From Desulfobulbus propionicus DSM 2032 (lineage in GTDB: Bacteria; Desulfobacterota; Desulfobulbia; Desulfobulbales; Desulfobulbaceae), in assembly GCF_000186885.1 (NCBI RefSeq), contig NC_014972.1:1050001-1082000 (forward strand): a DNA stretch of 32,000 bases. The letters run 5' to 3'. This document shows positions 1 through 10,900 of the stretch, one piece after another. A program made the translations under genes and the position numbers. Under the pieces are notes generated by a model that was not told where the DNA came from, made no database searches, and saw nothing but the letters and a program-made list of their open reading frames with translations. The first letter of the stretch is position 1. Each line of letters opens with the position of its first letter.

Positions 1-1
1 T

Positions 2-775
2 GGCCATCTGTCCTGTACCGATGGCCGGTTGATCGAGGCGGCGGCGGCGTGGTTTCTGACCCAGGGGGCTCGGGTGGGGGTCGGCGATTCCCCCTCCTTT
101 GGGAGCGCGCGCGCGGTGCTCGCGGCCATCGGCGCCTTGCCGAGGTTGCAGCGACTCAGCGTGCCGATTGTCGAATTTCGGCACAAACGGCCGATCAAGC
201 TGCCGAGCGGCCGGGAAGCACCCTTGGCCACGGCGGCCCTGGATTGCGATTTTCTGGTGAATCTGCCGAAAATCAAGGCTCATTCGCAAATGCGCCTGAC
301 CCTGGCGGTGAAGAATTATTTCGGCTGCGTGCTGGGGTTCCACAAACCCTGGTGGCACATGATCCATGGCGGTAGCCACGAACCTTTTGCCCGGCTGCTG
401 GTGGATCTGCTGACCGTTCTTCCACCCGGCTGTTCCCTGGTGGACGGGATCATGGCCATGCACGGCACCGGTCCCATCCATGGTGGCCCCTACCCCCTGG
501 GGCTGCTTGCGGCGGCAACCAATCCCGTGGCGGTCGATACCGCGCTGCTGGCCGTGCTGGGGGTTGATCCTCGGCGCTGTCCGCTGTGGTTGGCGGCCCA
601 TGGGGCAGGAATCAGGGGTACCAGGGAGGAGGAACTGTCCTTTACGCTGCTTGCCCCTGGTGCGTTTGCGGTGGACGATTTCATTGTTCCCGAGGAGTTG
701 GCCCCGGTGCGCTTCAATCCCGTGCGGTTCGTCAAGAGTTCGCTGCAACGGGCGCTGCTCCGTGTGCTTGGCTGA
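2..775 (+). CDS. DUF362-like domain protein, 5' truncated by window start
   Basis: Frame is open from base 2 (GHLSCTDGRLIEAAAAWFLTQGARVGVGDSPSFGSARAV...), followed by DUF362-like LPKIKAHSQMRLTLAVKNYFGCVLGFHKPWWHMIHGG and NPVAVDTALLAVLG; stop at 775. Confidence 0.75.
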   Translation, partial: GHLSCTDGRLIEAAAAWFLTQGARVGVGDSPSFGSARAVLAAIGALPRLQRLSVPIVEFRHKRPIKLPSGREAPLATAALDCDFLVNLPKIKAHSQMRLTLAVKNYFGCVLGFHKPWWHMIHGGSHEPFARLLVDLLTVLPPGCSLVDGIMAMHGTGPIHGGPYPLGLLAAATNPVAVDTALLAVLGVDPRRCPLWLAAHGAGIRGTREEELSFTLLAPGAFAVDDFIVPEELAPVRFNPVRFVKSSLQRALLRVLG

Positions 776-853
776 GGAGCAGTCGATGGAAGGTGTTTAA
801 TTGCAACGCATAATCAGCCGCCTGTGGCGGCGTCATAGACCAAGGAAGAGTAT

Positions 854-1606
854 ATGATTGATTTACAAGGAAAAGTGGCTCTGGTGACCGGCGGCTCGCG
901 CGGGATCGGCAAATCTTTGGCGCAGCGGCTGGCCGCTCGGGGTGCCGAGGTGGTGATCAACTATGTCCGCCACCGGACCAATGCCAATGAGGTGGTGGCA
1001 GAGATCGAAAAGAGTGGTGGCCGGTGCGTGGCGCTCCGGGCCAATCTGGCCGACGAGGACGATATTGCCGCCATGTTTGCGGAGATCCGCAGCCGGTATT
1101 CCCGCCTGGATATCATCGTGTCCAATGCCGCCTCCGGTGTGCTCAAGCCGGTGGCCGAGTTGCGGGGGCGCCATTGGGATTGGGCGGTCAATATCAATGC
1201 CCGCGCCCTGATGCTGATCACCCAACAGGCCTTGCCGATGATGACCGCTGGCGGCCGGATCATCGCCATCTCGTCGATCGGCGCGGTCCGCGCCGTGTCC
1301 AACTATACCGTGGTGGGCGCCTCCAAGGGGGCTTTGGAATCACTGGTCCGCCATTTGGCAGTGGAACTCGGCCCCCTGGGAATCACCGTCAATACGGTCA
1401 GCGCCGGAGTCGTGGAGACCGATGCGTTGAAGAAATTCCCCAATCGGGAAGAGATCATCGCCACGGCCATGGCCCGCACGCCGCTGGGCCGCCTGACCCT
1501 GCCCGAGGATGTGGCGAACCTGACCCTGTTTTTGTGCAGCGACATGGCCAGCATGATTCATGGCCAAACCCTGGTGGTCGATGGCGGCTACGCCATTCAT
1601 GGGTGA
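854..1606 (+). CDS. SDR-family oxidoreductase, probable FabL-like enoyl-ACP reductase (type III)
   Basis: 250 aa; TGGSRGIGK Rossmann motif, NYTVVGASKGALESLVRHLAVEL, and FabL-like ETDALKKFPNREE...IHGQTLVVDGG tail. Confidence 0.75.
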   Translation: MIDLQGKVALVTGGSRGIGKSLAQRLAARGAEVVINYVRHRTNANEVVAEIEKSGGRCVALRANLADEDDIAAMFAEIRSRYSRLDIIVSNAASGVLKPVAELRGRHWDWAVNINARALMLITQQALPMMTAGGRIIAISSIGAVRAVSNYTVVGASKGALESLVRHLAVELGPLGITVNTVSAGVVETDALKKFPNREEIIATAMARTPLGRLTLPEDVANLTLFLCSDMASMIHGQTLVVDGGYAIHG

Positions 1607-1824
1607 GTGTTTTTCAAGAGCCGCCAGCAAAACTCGAAACAGCAGATGGCTGTCAAATAGAGCAGAACGGCGGTGACCAGCGAGGGCCAGCCAACCGCCG
1701 TACTGTGACACCACTGCTGAATCGGCCGAAATAGAGCGGCGCCGAATCCGGAGGCGTGCAACATCCAGAATCCGGGAAAAGTGCATCCAACGATCAGGTA
1801 AAAGCCGCGACGGAGAAGGGCCAT
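1597..1824 (-). CDS. possible small hydrophobic membrane protein (75 aa)
   Basis: ORF with two hydrophobic stretches (FYLIVGCTFPGFWMLHASGFGAALF; WPSLVTAVLLYLTAICCFEFCW) in an otherwise non-coding gap; no clear RBS. Confidence 0.3.
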   Translation of the reverse strand: MALLRRGFYLIVGCTFPGFWMLHASGFGAALFRPIQQWCHSTAVGWPSLVTAVLLYLTAICCFEFCWRLLKNTHP

Positions 1825-2127
1825 GGGGTGTCAGCTGGGGTTGTGGGAACGGGAGAATTATGACGATACGTCCTTGACTATAAGCCGAAGGCGTGGCCAC
1901 GCTCAATCCTTTTTACGGAAAAGACCGTCCCCAGGTCGCGTTCCGGGAATTTGCGTTGAATAGTTTTGCGTAAGCATGTATTTTTCGTCTTTTTTATTTC
2001 CATCATCCAGTTCGATTCTGCATTGATCGCCCGCACGGATCCCGCCTGATGTCGTGATGCCGCCGACACGGTCCGGGGCTGTTTGCTCGCCGGTTTATCT
2101 TTTTCAACTCCACAAGGAGAACTTGTA

Positions 2128-3291
2128 ATGTCCACACATCTTTTTACCTCGGAATCCGTTTCCGAAGGCCATCCCGACAAGGTGGCCGATCAGATTTCCG
2201 ACGCCATCCTTGACGCCATCCTCACTCAGGACAAACACGCCCGCGTGGCCTGCGAGACGCTGGTGACCACCGGCATGGCCCTGATCGCCGGCGAGATCAC
2301 CACCGCCGCCTGGGTCGACATGCCCCAGATCGTCCGCGAAACCATCCGCGAGATCGGCTACAATTCCTCGGACATGGGCTTTGATTGGCAGTCGTGCGCG
2401 GTGCTGACCTCCATTGACAAGCAATCCGCGGATATTGCCCAGGGCGTCAACGAAGGCACGGGACTCGACCTTGATCAAGGCGCCGGCGACCAGGGATTGA
2501 TGTTCGGCTATGCCTGCGATGAGACCAACGTGCTCATGCCCATGCCCATTACCTATGCCCACTATCTGACCAAACGCCAGGCCGAGGTGCGCAAATCCGG
2601 CCGCCTGCCGTGGCTGCGCCCGGATGCCAAGAGTCAGGTGACCATTCAGTATGTCGACAACATCCCCCAGCGGATCGAGGCGGTGGTGCTCTCCACCCAG
2701 CATAGCCCGGACATCAGCTATGACAATCTCAAGGAGGCGGTGATGGAGGAGATCATCAAGCCGGTATTGCCGGCCCAGATGATCGATGCCCAGACTAAAT
2801 TTTTCATCAACCCCACCGGCCGCTTTGTCATCGGTGGTCCGGTTGGCGACTGCGGAGTCACCGGCCGCAAGATTATCGTCGATTCCTACGGCGGCCGCGG
2901 ATCGCACGGCGGCGGTGCCTTTTCCGGCAAGGATCCGTCCAAGGTCGACCGGTCCTCCTCCTACATGGGCCGCTATGTGGCCAAGAACATCGTGGCCGCC
3001 GGCCTGGCCACCGAAGTCGAGGTCCAGGTGGCTTATGCCATCGGTATTTCCAAGCCGGTCTCGATCAATGTCAAGACCTTTGGTACCGGCAAAATTTCCG
3101 AGGATCGGCTGATCGAGGTGGTGGGCAAGGTGTTTGACCTGCGCCCCAAGGCCATCATTCAGCAGTTGGATCTGCTGCGGCCGATTTACCATAAAACAGC
3201 GGCCTACGGTCATTTTGGCCGAGAGTTGCCGGAATTTACCTGGGAACGGACCGACAAGGTCGATGCCCTGCGCGACGCGGCCGGGTTGTAA
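2128..3291 (+). CDS. metK: S-adenosylmethionine synthase
   Basis: [44 protein letters not shown]-like [38 protein letters not shown]. Start reassigned to 2128 after AAGGAGA RBS. Confidence 0.98.
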   Translation: MSTHLFTSESVSEGHPDKVADQISDAILDAILTQDKHARVACETLVTTGMALIAGEITTAAWVDMPQIVRETIREIGYNSSDMGFDWQSCAVLTSIDKQSADIAQGVNEGTGLDLDQGAGDQGLMFGYACDETNVLMPMPITYAHYLTKRQAEVRKSGRLPWLRPDAKSQVTIQYVDNIPQRIEAVVLSTQHSPDISYDNLKEAVMEEIIKPVLPAQMIDAQTKFFINPTGRFVIGGPVGDCGVTGRKIIVDSYGGRGSHGGGAFSGKDPSKVDRSSSYMGRYVAKNIVAAGLATEVEVQVAYAIGISKPVSINVKTFGTGKISEDRLIEVVGKVFDLRPKAIIQQLDLLRPIYHKTAAYGHFGRELPEFTWERTDKVDALRDAAGL

Positions 3292-3338
3292 TATCGAGAA
3301 GCATTTGTGGGTCCCGATCGGGGAGCCAAGGAGTACAC

Positions 3339-4625
3339 ATGACGGATTATAAAGTAGCGGATATGAACCTGGCCGAGTGGGGCCGCAAAGAGATCGCCAT
3401 TGCCGAGACCGAAATGCCCGGCCTGATGGCCCTGCGCGAGGAATTCGGGGCCAGCAAGCCGCTGGCCGGGGCGCGCATTGCCGGTTGCCTGCACATGACC
3501 ATTCAGACGGCGGTGCTGATGGAAACGCTGGTCCATCTGGGGGCCGAGCTGCGCTGGTCCTCGTGCAACATCTTTTCCACCCAGGACCATGCGGCCGCGG
3601 CCATGGCCGCCGCCGGTATTCCCACCTTCGCCTGGAAGGGCGAGACCGAGGAAGAGTTCTGGTGGTGCATCGACCGGACCATCTTTGGCCCGGACAACTG
3701 GCGGCCCAACATGCTGCTGGATGACGGCGGCGACCTGACCCTGGTGATGCACCAGAAGTATCCGGAACTGATGCAAGCGGTGCGCGGCATCTCCGAGGAG
3801 ACCACCACCGGCGTCCACCGTCTCTACGAGATGACCAAGCAGGGCACCCTGCTGGCCCCGGCCTTCAATGTCAACGATTCGGTGACCAAGTCGAAGTTCG
3901 ACAACCTCTACGGCTGCCGCGAATCGCTGATCGACGGGGTCAAACGGGGCACCGACGTGATGATTGCCGGCAAGATCGCGGTGGTCGTCGGCTACGGCGA
4001 CGTCGGCAAGGGTTGTGCCCAGGCCCTGCGCGGCATGGGAGCCACGGTGCTGATCACCGAGATCGATCCCATCTGCGCCCTGCAGGCGGCCATGGAAGGA
4101 TACCGGGTGGTGACCATGGAGGAAGCCGCGCCCCTGGGCAACATTTTTGTCACCTGCACCGGCAACCTGCGGGTGATCACTCGCGCCCACATGGAGGCCA
4201 TGCCGGATCAGGCCATTGTCTGCAACATCGGCCATTTCGACTCGGAGATCGATATCGCCTCCATCCGCAGCCTGCCTTGGGAGAATATCAAGCCCCAGGT
4301 CGACCATGTGATCTTCCCCGACGGCAAGCGGCTGATCCTGCTGGCCGAGGGGCGGCTGGTCAATCTGGGCTGCGCCACCGGTCATCCCAGTTTCGTGATG
4401 AGCAACTCCTTCACCAACCAGGTGCTGGCCCAGATGGAACTCTGGCAGCATCCGGGTAAGTACGAGAAGAAGGTGTATTTCCTGCCCAAGCAGCTCGACG
4501 AGAAGGTGGCCCGGCTGCATTTGGCCAAGATAGGGGTCAAGTTGACTCAGTTGACCCAGGAGCAGGCCGACTACATCGGCGTGGACATCAATGGGCCGTT
4601 CAAGCCGGAGCATTACCGGTATTGA
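3339..4625 (+). CDS. ahcY: adenosylhomocysteinase (S-adenosylhomocysteine hydrolase)
   Basis: 428 aa; [47 protein letters not shown]-terminal [15 protein letters not shown]. Confidence 0.98.
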   Translation: MTDYKVADMNLAEWGRKEIAIAETEMPGLMALREEFGASKPLAGARIAGCLHMTIQTAVLMETLVHLGAELRWSSCNIFSTQDHAAAAMAAAGIPTFAWKGETEEEFWWCIDRTIFGPDNWRPNMLLDDGGDLTLVMHQKYPELMQAVRGISEETTTGVHRLYEMTKQGTLLAPAFNVNDSVTKSKFDNLYGCRESLIDGVKRGTDVMIAGKIAVVVGYGDVGKGCAQALRGMGATVLITEIDPICALQAAMEGYRVVTMEEAAPLGNIFVTCTGNLRVITRAHMEAMPDQAIVCNIGHFDSEIDIASIRSLPWENIKPQVDHVIFPDGKRLILLAEGRLVNLGCATGHPSFVMSNSFTNQVLAQMELWQHPGKYEKKVYFLPKQLDEKVARLHLAKIGVKLTQLTQEQADYIGVDINGPFKPEHYRY

Positions 4626-4652
4626 TCGTCCGGATTGTTCAGGAGGAAACGG

Positions 4653-4682
4653 GGCAGGGTGGATGTCACCCTGCCTTTTTTT
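4653..4682 (+). terminator. intrinsic terminator downstream of ahcY
   Basis: GGCAGGGTG-gatgt-CACCCTGCC followed by TTTTTTT: perfect 9-bp stem. Confidence 0.9.
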
Positions 4683-4697
4683 GTGGAGAGGGAACCA

Positions 4698-6029
4698 ATG
4701 GCGCGAGAGGCACGAATAACAGTGATCGGCGGCGGCCTTGCGGGGTGCGAGGCGGCTTGGCAGGCAGCGGCGCAGGGGGTGGCGGTCGAGCTGTATGAGA
4801 TGAAGCCGCATCGCTTCAGTCCGGCCCATGAACTGCCGCAGTTGGGGGAGTTGGTCTGTTCCAATTCCCTGCGTTCGAATGCCGTGGATTCCGCCGCCGG
4901 CTTGCTCAAGGAGGAGATGCGCCGGCTGGATTCGTTGGTGATGCGCGCGGCCGACAGCACCGCCGTGCCCGCTGGCACCGCCCTGGCGGTTGATCGGCGT
5001 CAGTTTGCCGCCGCGCTCACCGCCGCCATCGAAGCCCATCCGCTGATCACCGTGCATCGCCGGGAGGTGGAGTGCATTCCCGAACCCTGCGACGGTCCGG
5101 TGGTGCTGGCCGCGGGTCCGCTGCTTGCCGGTTCCCTGGCCGAGCAACTGCAAACACTGGTGGGCGGCGGGCAGCTCGCCTTTTATGACGCCATCGCCCC
5201 GATCGTCGATGCCGACAGCCTCGACCGGGAGATTGTTTACCGCAAATCGCGCTGGGATGACGAGGGGCCGGGCGACTATCTCAACTGCCCCATGAACCGG
5301 GAACAGTACGAGCAGTTCATCGGCCTGCTCGCCTCAGCGCAGACCGTGGCCCTGCACGCGTTTGAGGATCCCAAGTATTTCGAAGGCTGCCTGCCCATCG
5401 AGGTGATGTGCGCCCGAGGGGCCGATACCCTGCGCTTCGGGCCGATGAAGCCGGTCGGTCTGGCCCACCCGGTGACCGGCGAGAAACCCCATGCGGTGGT
5501 CCAGCTGCGGGCCGAGAACCGCGAAGGTACCGCCTACAATCTGGTCGGTTTTCAGACCAAACTGACCTATCCCGAGCAACAGCGGGTTTTTCGGACCATT
5601 CCCGGCCTGGAGCGGGCGGTTTTTCTCCGTCTTGGTTCCATCCATCGCAACACCTTTGTCTGTGCGCCGCGGGTGCTGGCACCCACCCTGGAGACACGGC
5701 GGGTAGCGGGGCTGTTTGTCGCCGGCCAGCTCTCCGGAGTCGAGGGGTACATCGAGTCGGCATCCATGGGGTTGCTGGCGGGCATCAACGCCGGCCGCCT
5801 GGCCCTGGGCAAAAAACCTCTGGTGCCGCCGCCGGCCACCGCCCATGGTGCCCTCATTCAACACCTGATCGCCTCCGATCCGCTCCATTTCCAACCCTCC
5901 AACGTCAACTTCGGCCTCTTTCCGCCCTTGGCTGGACGAAAAATAGCCAAGAAGGAGCGCGGTCGCCTCCGCGCCGAACTGGCCCTGGCCGAGATCGCGC
6001 AGTGGCGGCGGCAGGTGGTTGAAGGATGA
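4698..6029 (+). CDS. trmFO: methylenetetrahydrofolate--tRNA-(uracil-5-)-methyltransferase TrmFO
   Basis: [67 protein letters not shown] ([16 protein letters not shown]). Start set at 4698 rather than the earlier in-frame TTG in the terminator. Confidence 0.96.
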   Translation: MAREARITVIGGGLAGCEAAWQAAAQGVAVELYEMKPHRFSPAHELPQLGELVCSNSLRSNAVDSAAGLLKEEMRRLDSLVMRAADSTAVPAGTALAVDRRQFAAALTAAIEAHPLITVHRREVECIPEPCDGPVVLAAGPLLAGSLAEQLQTLVGGGQLAFYDAIAPIVDADSLDREIVYRKSRWDDEGPGDYLNCPMNREQYEQFIGLLASAQTVALHAFEDPKYFEGCLPIEVMCARGADTLRFGPMKPVGLAHPVTGEKPHAVVQLRAENREGTAYNLVGFQTKLTYPEQQRVFRTIPGLERAVFLRLGSIHRNTFVCAPRVLAPTLETRRVAGLFVAGQLSGVEGYIESASMGLLAGINAGRLALGKKPLVPPPATAHGALIQHLIASDPLHFQPSNVNFGLFPPLAGRKIAKKERGRLRAELALAEIAQWRRQVVEG

Positions 6030-6032
6030 CCG

Positions 6033-7799
6033 CTAGCTTTCCTCAATGAATCCCCAGTAGGGATAATCGAGCCGGTAGGTGGCCACCAGACCGGGACTCT
6101 GTTCCCGGCTGGCCACCAACCACAGTTCATTGGCCCGCTCTTGGGGCGAAGTGTTGTCAAAGGGATCCCATCGGGGCAGGAGAACCATGGCGTTGTCGGC
6201 GGAATAGCCAATATCCCCCGAGCCTTTGAACGAGCCGAGATGCGGCTGGCGTTCGAACTGACCGCCAGGACTACGTTCCAGTTCGGAGATCACCAGAAAG
6301 CTGACCGCCATTTCATCGCGGATAGCTTCCAGTTGCCGCAGCCAGCCGTCGATGCCGCTGCGCTGCTGGCTGATATCCTTGAAGGGCAGCTTGTGCAGGC
6401 TGTCGATCACCACCACCGTATAGTCGGAATTGGTTTCGTGACGGAGAAAATCAATATGGCGGCGCATGGTTTCGGGTGAAAGGGTGCGGTCGTTGACCAC
6501 CCGCAACCAGGTGAGCAGGCCGTGCAGGGTCTGTTGGGATTGCTGCAACCGCTGCCGTTCGTCCGGGGCCAGGTCGGTGCCCTTGATCCGGTCGATGGCC
6601 AGACGGCTGAGCCGGCAGAGGATGCGCAGATAGATCTTCTGGCGGCCGTTCTCGAAATCATAGTAGAGCACCGGGATTTTTCGCAGGGCCATGGCTGAGG
6701 CGATCTGGATGAAAAAGGCCGATTTGCCGGCCTTGGGCGAGCCACCCATGATGTTGATCCCGTGGATGCCGCCCAGGGCCCGATCCAAACGGGGAAAACC
6801 GCTGGTCAGCCTGGCGTAGGAGTCGCCTGATTCCTGGAACAGCCGTTCGTTGAAGGTTTGGTACTCACTCGACGGGGTGGAGAAGGGGGAGAAGGCGCGG
6901 GCCTGCTTGATCAGGGCAAAGACGGTCTGCTGCAAGCGGTTCTTGGCCGTAGCGCCCAGTTGGAGGAGCGAGGCATTGCGGCTCGTGCCCTCCGGCCAAC
7001 GGATGAGGCGAACCTTGAAGCCGACCCGGGTGGCAAAGGCCTTGGCCTTGGCCTCGGAATCGGCCGAGTGGTTGACCCAGAGAAAGATGGTCCGGATCCA
7101 GGCAAACCGCAGCGGCTCGATGTGATCGAGGTCGGCGGCCGTGGGCACGGCAACGCCCGGCAGCCCCAATTGCTTCAGGGGCAGGAGGTTGCTTTCCCCC
7201 TCCACCAGGAAAAGGGCACCGTTTTCGCACCGTTCGATCTCTGGAGCGTTGAACAGGCGGAACTGTTCGCCGAAAAACCGCTCGGCACCGTACCAGAAAA
7301 AATCCTCGGGCCGTTGTGGATGGACACAGCGGGCCGCATAGCAGTTGCCGTCGGCCTGGATGTACGGGTAGACCAGGTAGCGGCCATTGTACCCGATGCC
7401 GACTTCGGTGAGCACCGCGGCGGACACCCCGGCTGTCTGGAACGCATCCAGCAGATCGCCGGTGAGCTTGTCGGCGAACCCGGCCAATTCATGGTTGAGA
7501 TTCTTGACCGGATACTCCACCCCATGGCCATAGTAGTCGCGATCCGGGTCATAGCCCGGGGCCAGGTGCGGGCTGATGCCGCGCAGCCGGGCGAAATGAA
7601 GCGGGAAGCCGCCACTCACGCAACGGTTGAGGCAGCGGAAATACCCATGGAAGAAGTTTTCCTGATGGAGGACCACTGCAAGGGTGCCGGCCTCCACTCC
7701 CTGTTCGCTGCAGAAGGGGCAGGGGGCATGGAGGATGGTGCCGTTCAGCGTGGCCTTGGGCAGGTGGCGGAGGTAGAATTGAGTGACGACATCGGGCAT
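6033..7799 (-). CDS. T7 gp4/Twinkle-like protein: primase-type zinc finger, TOPRIM-like region and DnaB/RecA-like helicase domain
   Basis: 588 aa from ATG at 7799. CPFC...YFRCLNRC zinc ribbon, LFLVEGESNLLPLKQLGLPGVAVPT TOPRIM-like segment, Walker A GGSPKAGKS, Walker B-like VVVIDSLHKL. Confidence 0.7.
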   Translation of the reverse strand: MPDVVTQFYLRHLPKATLNGTILHAPCPFCSEQGVEAGTLAVVLHQENFFHGYFRCLNRCVSGGFPLHFARLRGISPHLAPGYDPDRDYYGHGVEYPVKNLNHELAGFADKLTGDLLDAFQTAGVSAAVLTEVGIGYNGRYLVYPYIQADGNCYAARCVHPQRPEDFFWYGAERFFGEQFRLFNAPEIERCENGALFLVEGESNLLPLKQLGLPGVAVPTAADLDHIEPLRFAWIRTIFLWVNHSADSEAKAKAFATRVGFKVRLIRWPEGTSRNASLLQLGATAKNRLQQTVFALIKQARAFSPFSTPSSEYQTFNERLFQESGDSYARLTSGFPRLDRALGGIHGINIMGGSPKAGKSAFFIQIASAMALRKIPVLYYDFENGRQKIYLRILCRLSRLAIDRIKGTDLAPDERQRLQQSQQTLHGLLTWLRVVNDRTLSPETMRRHIDFLRHETNSDYTVVVIDSLHKLPFKDISQQRSGIDGWLRQLEAIRDEMAVSFLVISELERSPGGQFERQPHLGSFKGSGDIGYSADNAMVLLPRWDPFDNTSPQERANELWLVASREQSPGLVATYRLDYPYWGFIEES

Positions 7800-7983
7800 G
7801 GCGCTCCTTGGGAAGGTGGTGGGGCAAAGGCATGGACAGGAGGGAAGCGAATACGGCGTCTTCCTGTTGGCTGTGCAAAAAACGAGGCCTTGGGCCAGGC
7901 CGCAGTCCATGGGGCCGGTTGCCTGCCCCGCGGCGGTCGGGAGGCGACTCGACCATCGGGGGCAGTAACGCGGGTTTCCAGGG

Positions 7984-10900
7984 TTATCCGAGAATGGATT
8001 GCAGCTCCTGCTGTTCCAGCCTGTGGTCGAATTTGAAATGGGCGGAAAAGCCGTTGTCCTGCAGGTGAAACGGCTGCACGCCGATCACCATCCCCTTGAG
8101 GTGAAAAAACTTGGCCTTGCCGCCCACCGGCAACACAATCTGCATCCGCCGGCCAAGGAGAAGACGGGCGTTTTCCTGGCGGGAGATACGAATGAGAAAA
8201 GCGAGCCCGCCCAGGGAAATGTCGGCGGTCTCGGCGCGAAAGCCCCGGCCGATGGGATTTTCGAGGCTGCTGATCGGCTGCACCTGGATCTTGCGCGACA
8301 GGTTGAAACGCTGTTCCCTGCGACGGTCGAGACCCTTGCGTTCGATCATTGAACAAATATTGTTGCAGGCGGAGTAATAGTCGTAGAGTTTGGCGCGCAG
8401 TCCGGGAAACTGTTCTTTCCAGGTGTCGAGCGCGGTTTGCGGCAGGAGGTACAGCCTGGAAGGGGTCAGGGAGGTCAGGGTGACCGTCCAGAAAGAGGGC
8501 GCGAAAAAGTTTTCCCCGGCTATCTGCCCACGGTTGAGGCTGGTAATGAACAGTTCCCGCGACCCGACCAGATGGGAAACCTTGATGCTGCCCTGATTGA
8601 TGAAGAACAGGCTGTCATTCTTTTCCCCTTGGGCGACAATGGTCTCTTCGGGTTTGTAGCGGCGCTCGATGAATTGCTGGTGGATGGCCCGGAATTCGTC
8701 GGTGCCGAGCCGATCGGTCAATTCCGCCCATATTTCAAGATCGTCTCCTGTCCTCACTCCTCTCCTCTCCTGCTCGATGATTTCGCTCGCACGGATCATC
8801 TCGCCCAGCGGAAGATCGTCGATTGCATCGATCCGCTCCCGTTGCCGTTCCGCCGCTTGCACTGGATTCGCTGGACCGGCCGTGGTTTCCCGTGAGTCCG
8901 GTTGTTCCTCGGCAGCGGTCTCTTCCTGGTCCCATTCCGTTTGCAGGGCGGTGGCCTGACGGATCTGTTCCAGGGCCTGCGCCGCCGCCTGCCGTACCTC
9001 GTCGCTATAGCCCGCCAGGCCGAGGACGTTCTTGCTCTGCGCCACCCGATTGAGCGAAGCGGTCGCCCGCCTGGAGCCGATGGCGCCGAGTGTCTTGCAG
9101 ATGCTGATCTGCAAGTCGTTCTTGCTCTTGCCGAGAAACGGTTTGACACTTTCCAGCAGTTCGGTCAAGGGGCGGACGAACCGCTCGTCATGGGCGGTGG
9201 CAACGTGATTGATTACCTTGATTTTCAGCGAGTCGTCGACATGCTGCAAGGCATGGAGGAGAAAATCCTTGAGATGGTCGCCGCCGATCTTGACGGCGGT
9301 GCTGATGACCTCCTGCTGGACGCGAGGATCGCTGTGGTGAATGTACGGCCTGATGGTGGCAAACAGCGCGGGGCTGCCGACCTCGCCGAGCAGGCGGATG
9401 ATGTTGCGCACCACGTACCAGGGCGAATCCTTGTGCAGTTGCTCCAAAAGAATCGAGACAGCCGGATTGCCGGCCTGCTTGATCAGGCTCAGCAATCGCT
9501 TGCGTTCAAAACGGCTTTCATTGTTGATCAGCTGTTGCAACTGGAATTTGGCCGATTCCATGCCTAGTTGCACCAACAGTCGGCCGGCGGCTTCCTGATG
9601 GACCTCCGAATGGAGGTAGCGGTCGAGCAGCTGTTCGAGGATCGGTTGGGAACAGAGCGTTTTCAAGGTTTCTTGGGCCTGGGCGCGGAGATGCGGATTG
9701 GCCGAGGCCGAGGGCTCCGCGGTCGAAAGTGTCTGGAGCAATTGGGTGGTTTCACAGGCCAGAGGGTAACGTTCCTCGCTCAGATAGTGGCCGGTCAGGG
9801 TACCGATGGCGGTGAGAGCCTGCTGGCTGCCGTGTTCATCGATTCCTTGGAGCTGTAAGCCTTGTTGCAGGGCCGGCAGCAGTTTGGCCAACCGTTCCCA
9901 TTGGCCGAGATGCATCAACTGTTCGGCGATGGCGGCCAGGGTGCGAAAGGCATTGGCGCGGATGGCCGGTTTGCCGTGCTGCAGGGCAACGGCCAACTGC
10001 ATCAGCACGCTGTCCGCGGTCTTCTCGTTATTGTTCAGCAGCAGGCCACGGACCGTTTCCGGCAGGTCCTGGCAAAATTCCTTGTTCTCGAGATCGCTGA
10101 AATTGCCGTGCAGGAGATGGTCGAGGCCGCCTTTGACCGACTGTCGGCGCTCCTGTTCCTGGATCTGTCTTTGCTTGCTGTGCAGTTCAATGATTGCCCG
10201 CATCTTTTCGCCGCGAACGGTTTGCAGCAGGCGGTTGTAGGCCGCCTCGACTTCCTTGTCGTCCACGTCACCTGGTCTGGGTGACCGGCCTTCGGCGATT
10301 GCCCGGAACTGATCGGTCAACTTCGCCAGCTTGTCCTGGGAAAGTTGGCTGATGACCTGCTGGTAGAGCTGCTCGCCAAAGAGGGTCTTGTATTTTTGTA
10401 CCAGGATCAGCCCGAGTTCCTGTTCATCAAAGGTGGCCGCGATTTGCGCTCCGGCCTGGGTGGCGACCTTGAGCTGTTGTTCCTTGTCGAGCAGGGTGTC
10501 ATAGCGTTGCAGCACCTGCTCAAAGGAGGAAAAATCGGCCGGTCCATCGGGTTGTTGACGCGCTTCGAACGATTGCTGGGTCGCGGCGACCAGCACCGGC
10601 GCCGACCATGCCGGTTGCTGCAAGCGCATCGCCAGGGGATCCGGGAGGGACGAGGATGGAGCCGACGGGTTGAGCAGCAGGGCGCGGGCATCGATGTTCT
10701 GGGCGATGGTCCTGGTGATTTCGGGTCCTTTTTTGGTGCGGGCCAGGCGTTTGAGCACGGAATCGTCGGCGGGCTTGAAGTCGGGATCCTTGTCCTTGCC
10801 GATTTGCAGGGGGATGTCGCTGGTGAGGGTGGCGATCATCCGGTTGAGCTGCTTGGGGGTGAGGTGATCAACGGTTTCGTCGAGCAGTTCGTCGGAGACC

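Noticed and set aside
2010-2127. SAM or SAH riboswitch before metK
   Set aside because: Considered because of gene context, but I could not match the conserved core of either class; left as a computational check only.
2104-3213. 369-aa minus-strand ORF opposite metK
   Set aside because: Shadow ORF of high-GC coding DNA; metK on the plus strand is unmistakable and this frame has no recognisable motifs.
3210-5153. 647-aa minus-strand ORF spanning ahcY and the start of trmFO
   Set aside because: Antisense shadow frame rich in His/Gln/Gly; both opposing genes are certain and it crosses a terminator hairpin.
6858-8036. 392-aa plus-strand ORF opposite the primase-helicase gene
   Set aside because: Opposes a gene with clear zinc-finger and RecA motifs; composition is typical of a reverse-complement frame.
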